This document shows, piece after piece, positions 14,771-28,800 of a DNA stretch of 64,000 nt. The position numbers were made by a program, and so were the translations under genes. A model generated the notes under the pieces. It saw only the letters and a program-made list of their open reading frames with translations. It had not been told where the DNA came from and searched no databases. Source of the stretch: Eledone cirrhosa (lineage: Eukaryota); the NCBI GenBank assembly GCA_964016885.1, contig OZ024755.1, positions 31,558,001 through 31,622,000 on the forward strand. The letters are read 5' to 3'. The first letter of the stretch is position 1, and each line of letters begins with the position of its first letter.

Positions 14771-17700
14771 CATACAAGTTGACATATGGAGCCTAAAATT
14801 ATCTCTCCAAAAGCAGGGTCGACCTATGCGCCAGATATATATATATATATAATATACATTGTGTATACATTATATATACAAACTATAAGCAACAAACTGC
14901 CTGCGTCAGTTGTTAGCTGCCGAGACACTGCATCCTTTAAGACACTCATGCTTCCCGAAATACGCCAAAACTACACCTGATGTACCCCTTCCATATACAT
15001 GCACACATGTGTGTATCATGACTCGTGCACTGTTCATTTTACTGATGTTTGTGCATTGCCCTATGTACTGCACATGCACTTTTTGATGAGTTGTGGTGCA
15101 CCTGGGCACTGTACACAATATTTCATTATTATTATTGTTGTTGTTATTATATCATGACTCATACACTGTTCATTTTCCTGACATTTGTACATTATTCTAT
15201 GTACTATACATGCACCTTTGATGAGTTGTAGTGCACCTGAGCACTGTACACAATAATTTCATTATTATTATTATTATTATTATATCGCCATCACCATCTT
15301 TACATCTGTTTTCCCTGCTTTATTAACTGTGTATGCACTTTATTTACACCACCACCACCATAGTACCAGCTGTACTATAAGTTTCCAACTGTAGTTATAA
15401 CCACAATATTCTATATTTTCTCTTCCATAGAATGATAGAAAACATTGAAAAGGCAGAAGATAAAGAGAAGAAACTGCTGAAACCTGACTCACCTCATGTT
15501 TACATATCTTTATAATCATCTTAGCACTTGCTGTTAGTTTGTGGTGAGCTGTTCAAATACAAACGACACAACTGCTAACATCTTTAAAGTTTAGTGAAAA
15601 AAATTACAACATAATATAAATTTGATAACATAGTCGCCACAATGCAGGTAGCTATAATAATAGTGAAATAAATTAGGTACAGTGCCCCGACAGATTGTGT
15701 AGACAGAGATGCCTGCATCAATTATTTTCTGTCTTCAATGGATACTTTTGATTTATTCAACTATTATTATAATTATCTGCATTGCTTATGCTATGTCGCT
15801 CATACACATCCATACATATATATATATATACATACATGTATATATACATACATATATATTTATTCAGCTATATATTCGGCTATAAGGGTCAGGTCATCTA
15901 CACACAGAAGTTCCCATGGGCAGCCAGTCTTAAACTCCTCCGTTATTGCCTTTAGGACTATGATGAACAGGAGAGGGCCAAGAACTGAGCCTTGGTGGAC
16001 ACCAACCTGCACACTAAATTCTTCACTATACTTATTGTTCATTCTAACCTTGCTGACAGTTCCTCTATACATGGCTTGAACTGCCCTCACAAGCCATTTG
16101 TCTACTCCTAGTTTTCTAAGAGCCCACCAGATAATGGAATGGGAAACTCTCAAAAGCTTTCTCCAGGTCGACAAAAGCCAAGTAGAGGGGTTTACTTTTA
16201 GCTAGGTACTTCTCTTGCAGTTGTCTTACAAGCAAGAGGGTATCTGTGGTACTTTTACCTGGAACAAACCCAAACTGCATCTCATCTAGGTTAGTTCGTT
16301 CTCTAATCGGCTCAGCTAAGACTCTTTCAGTGACCTTCATAACCTGGTCAACCAGCTTAATGTTTCTATAGTTTGTTCTATCTATAATATCACCTTTGCC
16401 CTTGTAGCAGTTTATGATGCTGCTGCTACACCATTGGGTATGACACCATTTTGTATGACTTGGTTTACAATGTGGGAGACTATGGTGTGTCCCACCATAC
16501 CTAAAGTTTTCAGCAACTATCCCTGTGGGGCCAGTAGCTCTGCCTGATTTCATATCCTTGATAGCCTTACTTACTACACTACTGCTAACAGGTACAGCCA
16601 GTCCCTCTGTTGGGTTGACATAAGACAAACCATCTTCATCCCATGCATTCTCCTCATTCAGTAATCTTTCATAGCGGCACTTCCATGCTTTCCTTTCAGC
16701 ATCAGTGAGAGCAGGTTTGCCAAAATCATTTCTGACACACTTCTTCTCACTGACATCACAATAATCCCCGACACTGCCTAGCGATCATGAACACCTCATG
16801 CTGCAAAACGTGCTTAAATTGTTTGTCTTCTGCTTCCCTTCTTGCAAGGTATACTTGTCACCTAGCTTTCCTTCTTGTATACTTGTCGCCTAGCTCCTCT
16901 CCTAGTCTTCAGGTAGTATTCTCTGCTACCCCCATTTCGCCAATCTTTCCAAGCCTGTCTTTTAGCCTTAAATGTCTCACCTACTTTACTATTCCACCAC
17001 CAAGTCACTCTCCGTCTCCCTATAGACCTACTCCACCCATAGATTTCATCTGTCACCTTCAGTAGGTTATCTTTCAGGAACTCCCATTGCTCCACTATAT
17101 CCTATGTCACTATTTGCTCTTCCTTATTATCAAAGACATCAGTCAACATATTTCTAAATTTGTCACTGTTCGATGGGTCTTTTAACTCCCATACTCGTCT
17201 CCTTCAGGTTGGCTTCTGCTAGCCCTGACTATAAGGTCACTAACTACTGAGTTATGTTCAGAGGTGCATTCTTCACTGGGGAGGGACTTTGAGTTCCTAA
17301 CAGTCACTCTGTCTCGTCTTCTAGTGAGAATGAAATCTATTTGGCTGGCGTACTCACCTGATCTATATGTGATTAGGTGGCTGTCTCATTTTTTGAAGTT
17401 CGCGTTACAGATAAATAGGTCATGTGTCGCAGAATTCCAGCAGCCTGAAACCTTCCATGTTTCTAGCATCGAACCTATAACCCCTGTTGAAGCCCTCGCA
17501 GTGTTACTCAACATGCCCGTTAAAGTCACCTGCAATGAATATGAGGTTGCTGTCGTTTATTTGGGATGTAGTGTGCATTAGGGACTCATAGAACCTGTCT
17601 GTTAGTATGTCGGGCAGTATGCAGATATAACTGTCATGGTCGTTCTATTTAGTACATGTCTAAGTTTAATTATTCTGTCGTTTATTTCTATTTACAGAAA

Positions 17701-20700
17701 TTACATTGGTTACCCATTTTTCTGCATATATGTATACAATATGTGTGTGTATATATATATATATATCACCATCATCATAGTTTAACGTCCAACTTCCACG
17801 CTAGCATGGGTTAGACGGTTTTGTTCCATTTGATGCGGGAATGGTCGGGAGACCGTACCTCGCTCACACGGAAGCGTCTCTGGCAGGTTTTTGTTACAGC
17901 TTCCTAACACCAACCACATTTACAGTGTGGACTGGGAGCCTTTTTACCATGTCTCCTACACCGCCACCTTACAGTGTGGACTGTTGTTATCGACATAGTG
18001 GACGGAACAAGAGAGGGAGGATGGGGTAGGGTGTGTAAGGTGGGGGTGTACATTGGGTTAAGAGGTGCCTACTGTCTAGGTTTGTATGCAAGGGAAGGCG
18101 GGTATTCTGTACAACTGCATGACACCAAAGATCTCGATCCAGTGACATTGTCTTAGAGAGATGTGAGCAAGGTCAGTTTTTATCACCTAGTCCCAGGTTT
18201 TTCTTGGTCTACCCACTCGGCAACTTCTATCAATTTACATTGCCCTGCACTTTTTTATACAGCTGTCATCCATCATATGCATCACATGTCCATACCAACG
18301 CAATCTCCTCTCCAGAACACAACATTTGATACCTCTTCTGCTTAGTCTCTCTCTCTCAATTTGTTTTATGCTTCGCCGTTTGTGCACATCACTATTACAC
18401 ATCCATCGGAGCATGCAAGCTTCATTTCTTTCTAATCTACGCAAGTCTTCAGCACACAATGCCCAGGTCTCACTACCATGTAATATCGCCGTTCGTATAC
18501 AAGCATCATACAATCTGCCTTTCATTTTTAGAGAAACACCCCTGGTGGCCAACAGCAGTAGTAGCTCTGAACCTTTTCCATCCCGTTCTAACTCTGGCTA
18601 CTACACTTTCAGAGCACCCTCTTCCACTGCTGATTTTGTCACCCAGGTAACGGAAAGTGTCCACTATTTCTATAGAACCATTTGGACAGTTGAAGGAGCT
18701 AGTATCCTGTGGGCACTTGCTACTTACTGCACCTGAGCATCGGCCACATATAAAATCTACATTCTTAGATAGCTTACCTGTGATCCCACTACATCTTTTA
18801 TGTACCCATAGTTTGCATTTGGGACAAAGAATGGGATTCCTACTTACTTCTTTCTTACACACTGAGCATGGCCATTTCCCAGAGGGCACCTGTTCCCTAT
18901 TCTCCTTTCTACATACTAGAACTTTAGTCTTAGACAAGTTAACTCTAAGGGCTATTGATTCTAGGCCATGCTTCCATGTTTGGAATTTCTTCTCTAGTTT
19001 GCCATGATTCAGCTATATATAGATATAAACATGACTATGTTGTGAAGAAGTTCACATGATTTCAGGTTTGCTATTACTGCTTCGTATTGGACCTGTAACC
19101 ACATGGTTGCAAAGCAAACACTTTAACTACAGAGCCATGTCTGTGTCTACTCTGCTAACAATTTATAGAAAATACTGCTATTTCCAGAACTTTCCAACAA
19201 AACACCAGCAAAGAGAGAGAATGTAATGTGAAGGAACTTACTTCCATTGAATATGATACAGTTATGTAAGATCCACTTGACATCTGCTAGAAATGCTTCT
19301 GTGGAACCATATTTGTTATTTTTGATGTTCTGGAAGAATTCAAGAAGAAATGAAGAACAGAAGAAATAATTAAGCAAATATAGGTTGTTCTAAACACACC
19401 TATGTAATGTTCTAAACACATCTATGTTATATTCTAAACACATATGTTATATTCTAAATACAACTATGTTATATTCTAAACACATCTATGTTATATTCTA
19501 AACACATCTATGTTATATTCTAAACACATCTATGTTATATTCTAAACACATCTATGTTATATTCTAAACACATCTATGTTATATTCTAAACACATCTATG
19601 TTATATTTTAAACACATCTATGTTATATTTTAAACACATCTATGTTATATTCTAAACACATCTATGTTATATTCTAAACACAACTATGCTATATTCTAAA
19701 CACATCTATGTTATATTCTAAACACAACTATGTTATATTCTAAACACAACTATGTAATGTTCTAAACACATCTATGTTATATTCTAAACACATCTATGTT
19801 ATATTTTAAACACAACTAAGTTATATTTTAAACACATCTGTTATATTTTAAACACATCTAAGTTATATTCTAAACACATCTATGTTATATTCTAAACACA
19901 ACTATGTTATGTTCTAAACACATCTATGTTATATTCTAAACACATCTATGTTATATTTTAAACACATCTATGTTATATTTTAAACACATCTATGTTATAT
20001 TTTAAACACATCTATGTTATATTTTAAACACATCTAGTAGCTCGAATCAAAATACACTGCTTCTGAAAATACATTTCCATGATATCTCAATATGCTAGAA
20101 ATAGTACCTAAATTTCCCTTAAACTATACCTTACTGTCTTAAAACCAGGAAGACATTGATGTAGAACTTGTGAACCAACCTTTTCAACAGTGTTAAGATC
20201 CATTGGATGGTAGATAAAGTCATGGTAGTTGGGGACAGCACATAAGTCTACTGGTTGACGGAATGGAGAACTCTGAAAATTGGAATTGAAAAGAGCAACA
20301 ATGGTAGAGTTAGTGAGTTAACCTTTTTGTCATTGTATTTCTAATTATATAGCAAATCCTCAACATATTTTCCCACCAAAAGACTGACCTGTGACCTCAG
20401 ATCTGAAAACCTAGATAATATTCTCTTGTAGAAGGTTCATGGCACCAGAGTGTCTAAAAAGAGGACAGTTGAAAAGGCCATCAGTATACATAACATTTTT
20501 GTCTCCCAAGATATTCTGCTTTTTGACTCCGCAAAATACAGTTTGCAACAAACAGACACTTTGTTTAGTCAGCTTCACAATGTAGTTACACAGACACACA
20601 CTCACGAACCAGCCCTGCTGAAATCAGCACTAGCTGAGATTGCTACCTACACAAGTTAGTATTACTACAGTAGTCTACATTTGCACACATAACATACTGC

Positions 20701-22454
20701 ATCTATACTTGCATCTTTTCCTGATGTACATCGCTGCACATGATTTCAAAGTAAATCATGTTACAAATAAAAACATTAAAAGTAACAGTGTCTTGTTCAT
20801 TTGTTAATTTTTATCCATGGGATATGAGAAGACTCATCTTCCCCATGGTAATATTACTTCACACCACAACAAACAAGTACAACTACTTGTTTCCTTGAAT
20901 ATGGCAAAACTTCACTCACTGAGCCAAACTTCACTCACTTGCCATTACTCAACCAACAAGCCACTCACTCATACTTATTACTACTACTAAAAATAAACAA
21001 ATTCATTTGGCAACCATACCATTGCCAAACCAATATTTAATGTTAACCCTGCTAAATATTCATCGTATTTCTGTTAATTAATGAAGTATTTGGTTGGATT
21101 TGCAAGAATGATTTTTCCATTAAGTTGCTATTTGTAACATAACTTAACAAAAGCTTTATATAAAATTATGTTAAATAGGAACTCATTGAAATGAGTAGTT
21201 TTGTTTCATAGGACCTGAGTTGGTTTTGTCGAGGTTGGTATCAGCAAACTGACAGAGTGGTTCAGGCATTGGATTAAATACTTCAATATTTATTATGACT
21301 CACTGCGCCCTGAATTCAAATCCAGCTGAGGTCAACTTTGCCTTTCATCCTTTTTAAACCAATAAACTTTGTAGACAGTATATTGGTGGAATAGTTGAAG
21401 AGATAGATGAGATAGTCTAACCCTTTAGCATTTACATTACTCTATATTTGCTATTGTATTTTCACAGTAAAGGCTTTACCTCACATAATGTCAAATCTAT
21501 GAGATGTTGATATTATTTATTTTGAGAATAATACCTTAACATCAGTATGAGTGGCAAGTTACAGCCAGTTTGAACAGAGAGAGGTGAGGGAATTTTGGCT
21601 GGATACGGAGGGTTTAAATGCTAAAGGGTTAAAGAACCTGTATCAGTTTTGTGTATTTCTTGTCTCCTGTCAGCAGATTAGCAGTACCACTTGTGCCTGT
21701 GATTGGACAATCAGCAGCTTATGTCCAGTAACTTAGCAGTTCGAAAGAGATTAATAAAATAAGTACCAGACATGAAAAACAGGAGTTAGCATGGTTGATG
21801 AAATCCCTTCAAGGTGGTGCCCCAGCATAGCCACATTTTTAATGACAAAGAAATTAAAGAGGATGCAAACTTACTGATTGGTGTTTCATTCTGTTCAGGG
21901 CATACTTGAGGAGAACACAGAACTGGTCATGAGTTATCATTGACATGGCCTTTGATCTTGTGTTAACACATTCAGCTTTCATGATTTTCTACAATGACAT
22001 CACATGACAGAAAATTAGACGTTACATTTCATAAAACTGCTAGTATAAATGTGTGTGTGTGCATGTGTGTGTGTGTGTATGTATATATATATATATAGAG
22101 AGAGAGAGAGATAAAATCCCAATTGCTGCACCAATCAGACTCACACTCTTTCTGTCCCTCTCTCTCTATATATATATGTACGTATGGATGTATGTACATA
22201 TGTACGTATGTATGTGACAAACACAGAGACACAGAAACAATTCATGTTTTTAGGTTGACACTTTAGATGAAAGAGAGAAAGTTCAATGTATCAGACATTA
22301 GTGCTTCGTCAGCAGAGTACAATAAAAGATTGATTAGAAAAACAAATATAGAAAAAGGGGGAAAAGATGTCCTTCCTATCACCAACCGCTTTACAGTGTC
22401 CTAGGTGCATTTATCGAGTAGATTACCAACGCTAGGGAGGTTGTCATGCCTTTA

Positions 22455-22498
<44 letters not shown>

Positions 22499-22808
22499 AG
22501 ATCAAAAGATGGTTAAAGGAGTTCCATGTATTTTATTATGCGCATTTCAAAAACAAACATCATCATGCAATAATATTTGTGTTTTCATCAGATAAAACAG
22601 GAGAACATGATATGAAGGCTAAAAAACACTTGTGGATAGTGCAGTTTTAAATCAACATTGTTTTTGAAATGCGCATAATAAAATACATGGAACTCCTTTA
22701 ACCATCTTTTGATCTTATATATTATGTATACTCCAGTCAAACAAACTGTAGAGTGCTTCTTATCCGATATCTGCATTGCTTTATTGTACTACAATAAAAC
22801 TCACCTCC

Positions 22809-22871
<63 letters not shown>

Positions 22872-25800
22872 CTTGTTCAAGAAAACAACACATCACCCTG
22901 AGTTCAATTCTCAGACCGAGTGATGTGTTGCTTCCTTGAGCAAGACACTTTATTACACATTGCACCAGTTTACTCAGCTGTAGAAATGAGATGATAGGGA
23001 CTGGGGTCCCTACCATTCCACAGTAAAGTGGACGTGTAGGTGCCACAGCAAAGCAGCACCCAGCACTCACTGTAAATGAGGTTGGTGTTAGGAAGGGCAT
23101 CCAGCTGTAGAAATCAACCCAGAATCAGTTCCCGTCCCACCCTTGCAAGCAGGGAAAAGCGGATGTAAAAAAAAAAAAATGATGATGATGATATATTCTC
23201 AGAACTATACATAGAGCACTCTTCTTTCCTTTACCTTTTGCACGGAAATACTTTATATATATATCAAATACTGTATATATATATATATGTTGTAGTTTGC
23301 TTGAAGCATTGTTGAATAGGAAATATAAATTTAAATAATTTTAAAAGCCATACAATGCATTAGAAAATTAAAGGTGCCAAGATAACAATAGAATTTTACC
23401 TTAGCAAATTAAAATAATCCCAAATATTTTGGGTTTAAAAACCCATTATCAAGGGAGTATCCCGGTAATGGCCTTAAAGGATCGATCGGAGATGAGTTGT
23501 TGTTAGGAAGCAGATTTAAGTTAAATGTAATGAAAAGACGTTAAAATTTCGAGCATGTGCGTTGTGGAATATGTGGGAAATAGTGTATGATATGTGCATG
23601 TGTGTGCGTGAATGTAAGTGTGCTTAGTGGGATGTATGTATGTGTGTGTGTGTGTGAGTAAGTTTACGTAGCGAAAGGCGTGTGTGAATATGTATATGAT
23701 ATAAGGGAAAAATATATATGTGTGTGTGTGTGTGTAAGTCTAAGTGTGTGTGCTTAGTAAGGACATAGATTTAATTTGAAAGAAAGAATGAAAAAGGGCA
23801 ACTGGGTTGTTGGTATGATAATTGTGTTGGATATTTTAAATTAGCCATTCAGGTGTACTTCTTTCAATTCGATTATTGATCCTAAGTTTTAATTGCTTGA
23901 TCAAAAGGACCTCTCTAATTCTCAGTGTGCCTATACTGCGTTTGGTAGCTAAGACTGTGGTGGTAGTGTTGTCTTGGTTTCCACGTTTGATGATTGGAGC
24001 AGGCTATAGGGTGTTATTCTAAGTAACAGCATGGTAACACTGGTCAATAGTGGCTGTAGTAGTATGGAGCAGGCTATAGGGTGTTATTCTATGTAACAGC
24101 ATTGTAACACTGGTCACTAGTGGCTGTAGTAGTATGGAGCAGGCTATAGGGTGTTATTCTAAGTAACAGCATCTCTGCTGAGATTCTCCGTGTGTGTAGG
24201 TGAAGCTGGTGGTGTAAATTTTGTGTGAATTTCTTTTTGCAGGTGAGGTGTCTGATGAAGCCTGAGGCCTCATACACATATATATATATATACATATATA
24301 TATATACACACACACACACAAAAAAAGAGTGTATCCAACGCATGAGGTAGAATTTGTTTATTTGTGTAAAGTCAATGTTTCAGTTGACAAACAATAGACA
24401 CACACACAGTGAAAGACACACACACAGTGACAGACACACACCCACTGATAGACACATGCAGTGCCAGACACACACAGTGTCAGACACACACACAGTGAAA
24501 GACACACACACAATGTCAGACACACACACAGTGACAGACACACACACAGTGCCAGACACACACACAGTGCCAGACACACACACAGTGAAAGACACACACA
24601 CAATGTCAGACACACAGTGACAGACAGTGTTACACATATATATATGTTGTATTACCTCACACTCTGGACAAAGCCAGAGTTCTGGGAATGGCTCTTCAAG
24701 TGCCAGACATTTACTGTGGTATACTCGAGGACATAATTCACAACAAACAACTTCACCATCTCGATGACACAGCCAGCAAAAATAATCGTTCTTGTTATTC
24801 TGAAATATAGAAATATTTATCAATAACATGTTCATGTATCAACACCAGATGTATCAGTATCAACACCAGATGTACCAGTATCAACACCAGATCTACCAGT
24901 ATCAACACCAGATGTACTAGTATCAACACCAGATGTACCCAGTATCAACAACAGATGTACCCAGTATCAACACCAGATGTACCAGTATCAACACCAGATG
25001 TAACAGTATCAACACCAGATGTACTAGTATCAATACCAGATGTACCCAGTATCAACACCAGATGCACCAGTATCAACACCAGATGTAACAGTATCAACAC
25101 CAGATCTACCAGTATCAACTTTAGATGCACCAGTATCAACTTTAGATGCACCAGTATCAACACCAGATGTACCAGTATCAACACCAGATGTACCAGTATC
25201 AACACCAGATGTACTAGTATCAACACCAGATGTACCAGTGTCAACACCAGATGTACCAGTGTCAACACCAGATGTAACAGTATCAACACCTGATGTAACA
25301 GTATCAACACCAGATGTAACAGTATCAACACCAGATGTATCAGTATCAACACCAGATGTACCCAGTATCAACACCAGCTGTACCAGTATCAACACCAGAT
25401 GTACCCAGTATCAACACCAGATGTACCATTATCAACTCTAGATGCACCAGTATCAACACCAGATGTACAAGTATCAACACCAGATGTACCAGTATCAACA
25501 CCAGATGTACTAGTATCAACACCAGATGTACCAGTTTCAACACCAGATCTACCAGTATCAACACCAGATGTATCCAATATCAACACCAGATGTACCAGTA
25601 TCAACACAAGATGTACAGGTATCAACACCAGATGTACCAGTATCAACAACAGATCTACCAGTGTCAACACCAGATGTACCAGTATCAACACCAGATGTAA
25701 CAGTATCAACACCAGATGTACTAGTATCAACACCAGATGTACCCAGAATCAACACCAGATGTATCAGTGTCAACACCAGATGTACCAGTATCAACGCCAG

Positions 25801-28800
25801 ATGTACCAGTATCAAAACCAGATGTACCAGTATCAACACCAGATGTAACAGTATCAACACCAGATGTAACAGTATCAACACCAGATGTACCAGTATCAAC
25901 ACCAGATGTAACAGTATCAACACCAGATGTACCAGTATCAACACCAGATGTACTAGTATCAACACCAGATGTACCAGTATCAACACCAGATGTATCAGTA
26001 TCAACACCAGATGTAACAGTATCAACACCAGATCTACCAGTATCAACACCAGATGTACCAGTATCAACACCAGATGTACCAGTATCAACACCAGATCTAC
26101 CAGTGTCAACACCAGATGTACCAGTATCAACACCAGATGTACCAGTATCAACACCAGATGTACAAGTATCAACACCAGATCTACCAGTGTCAACACCAGA
26201 TGTACCAGTATCAACACCAGATGTACCAGTATTAACACCAGATGTACTAGTATCAACACCAGATGTACCAAGTATCAACACCAGATGTACCAGTATCAAC
26301 ACCAGATGTACAAGTATCAACACCAGATACCAGTATCAACACCAGATGTACCAGTATCAACACCAGATGTACCAGTTTCAACACCAGATATATCAGTATC
26401 AACACCAAATGTACCAGTATCAACACCAGATGTATCAGTATCAACACCAAATGTACCAGTATCAACACCAGATGTACCAGTATCAACACCAGATGTATCA
26501 GTAACACCACCAATATCAATATATTGTCACACCACATGCAATATTTTTGTTCTTGTATGACAAACTATATCAGTAAATTACATAAGTAGTGTTGTTATAG
26601 CTCAGATCAATGCAACTTGAAATGAAGTGTCTTGCTCAAGAACACAACATGACTCCTAGTCCAGGAATCACCTCCCACCCAACCTTATGATCATGGGTCC
26701 AAGACTAACCAGCAGGTCATGTATCTTCACCATAGATATATAAATCATACAACAGAGGGAAGGGAACCAATCACCAAGAAAACAATGTTTCCATTGGTCT
26801 TTTCATTGTTGATATTATCTCCCAGTTGCAAGTCTTGGTGGTGACAGGAGCTGGGATTTGAATTCAGAACCCACAGGGCTTGATGAGATACCACAAAGTA
26901 TCCTATTCAATTTGTTAACAATTCTGCCAATCCACCAGCCCCGGACAAGTACTTTGTAGGGCCAATCCAGCAGCCCTGGACCAGTACTTTGTAGGGCCAA
27001 TCCACCAGCCCTGAACCAGTACTTTGTAGGGCCAATCCACCAGCCCTGAACCAGTACTTTGTAGGGCCAATCCACCAGCCCTGATGATATTTGTTACAGC
27101 TTTCTGCACTTGTAATTCAAATCTTGCAAAGGCCAGTTGTCAGTGGAAGAACGGAGAATTAGCAGAAGTGTTAAAGAGTCGGATGGAATACTTAGCAGTA
27201 TCTGTCCTGGCTCTCTACACTCTGATTTCAAATCTCACTTCTACCAGAAGTTGCAAACAGCAGATAGTATCAACAATGGAATGATTAACAGAAACATTGC
27301 TTCCTTGATTCAATCTGACAATCAGCTACTTTCCTTTCTTTTCTTAGAGGCGCCACCTAACAATTATTTTTTATATAGCATTGTGAGGGATCACGTTTTA
27401 ACACCTAATGTAAAACACACAGAGAATCAAGACATGATGCTCACAGCTTGAAGTAGAGATCAAATACTTTCGTTCATCTCTATTATAGAGTGTTCTAAGC
27501 AGAGACGATCTATGTTACTCAACAACAACAACAATAACAATAGCAGCAACAACAAAATTTAACAGACATTTACCACTCCAGTTCCATCATTTCTACCAAT
27601 TTTCTGTTTCTTTGGTGGCACTTGTACAATATAGAGGTCATCAATCTTGTGTCTTGTTCTTTTGAAAGACTGTGGTGTACCTGGAAATATTGATATACAG
27701 CTATTTTAAAGGTAACCATCTATCTACTGTGGTGTACCCAGAAATACTAACACAGATATTTTAACCCTTTCATAGCTATATTTCTAATGAAATGCATTCT
27801 CTCTCCCTTCTTCTTTATCTCTTTCTTTCTCTATCTACTATCACATTTCCCCACTTCTACCCAATGAGCTGTAACAACAGCAACATAACAGAACTGGGGC
27901 CCCTATCAATAAAACTTCTAAGATGCTACCACTTAGACGGCTGGTTAACGTGTGAGGTATAACAACATACATACATGTGTGTATATATGATAGGACAGGG
28001 GCTCCTATCATTAAAACACCTGATAAACCTCCTGTGAGATGTAACCTAAACCTACATAAATGTGAACTGTAACAACAACATATTAGGATTAGCGTCCCTA
28101 TCATTGAATCAGCTGAAGGGCCTTCTATGAAATGTATCGGGGTCCCTATCATTAAATCATCTGAGGAACCTCCTATGAGATGTAACCTAAACCTGCTTAG
28201 GTATGAACTCTAACAACATGATTAGGGCCCTTACCATTAAAACACCCAACAAGCCTCTTATGAGGCTGCACCTCATAGTAAGCCAACTTAACCTAGGACA
28301 GGGGCCCCTATCATTAAAACACCTCAAAAATCTTTTATGTGATGCAACTTATTAAGAGGGCAGTTAAACCTAGTTTCCCCCTCTCCTACTTACCAGATCT
28401 GGAGGAACAAGTATCACTGGAAGGACTTGAACATCGCTCCGATTTGATTTCTGTTTTGCCAAATGGTAATCCTGATATGCTGCCAGTTGAAGCTCGTGTA
28501 CGGATCGTACTTCCACCAGTTGTGACTGGTGTTGTAGCTGCACTAGCAGACATCTTCACACTGGAGTCACTTCCTGAATCTACAGTAAAGAAACAATGAA
28601 GAAAATAAATGTTTGAAATAAATATCGTATATAAGTAGCTTGGTAGATTTGGTAGAAAGGAGGTTAAAATATTTAGATATTATATATAAAGTGTAGTAAG
28701 TTACCCATTCCAACGTTCTTCATTAAACTACAGAGCTGTGGGACATATTGTTCATGTGAGACGTAAACAATCATCACCAGCTTCTTAAACGATGTCAATG

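Noticed and set aside
23418-23457. Additional hammerhead
   Set aside because: Core mutated (TTGATAA and AAAA instead of CTGATGA and GAAA); relic only.
24835-26589. Antifreeze- or mucin-like VSTPDVP repeat ORFs
   Set aside because: 21-bp array with frequent frameshifting indels, incompatible with coding constraint.
27726-27765. Duplicated copy of the 27680 acceptor region as an alternative 3' splice site
   Set aside because: The copy reads TTTCTGG instead of TTTCCAG, so the AG is lost.
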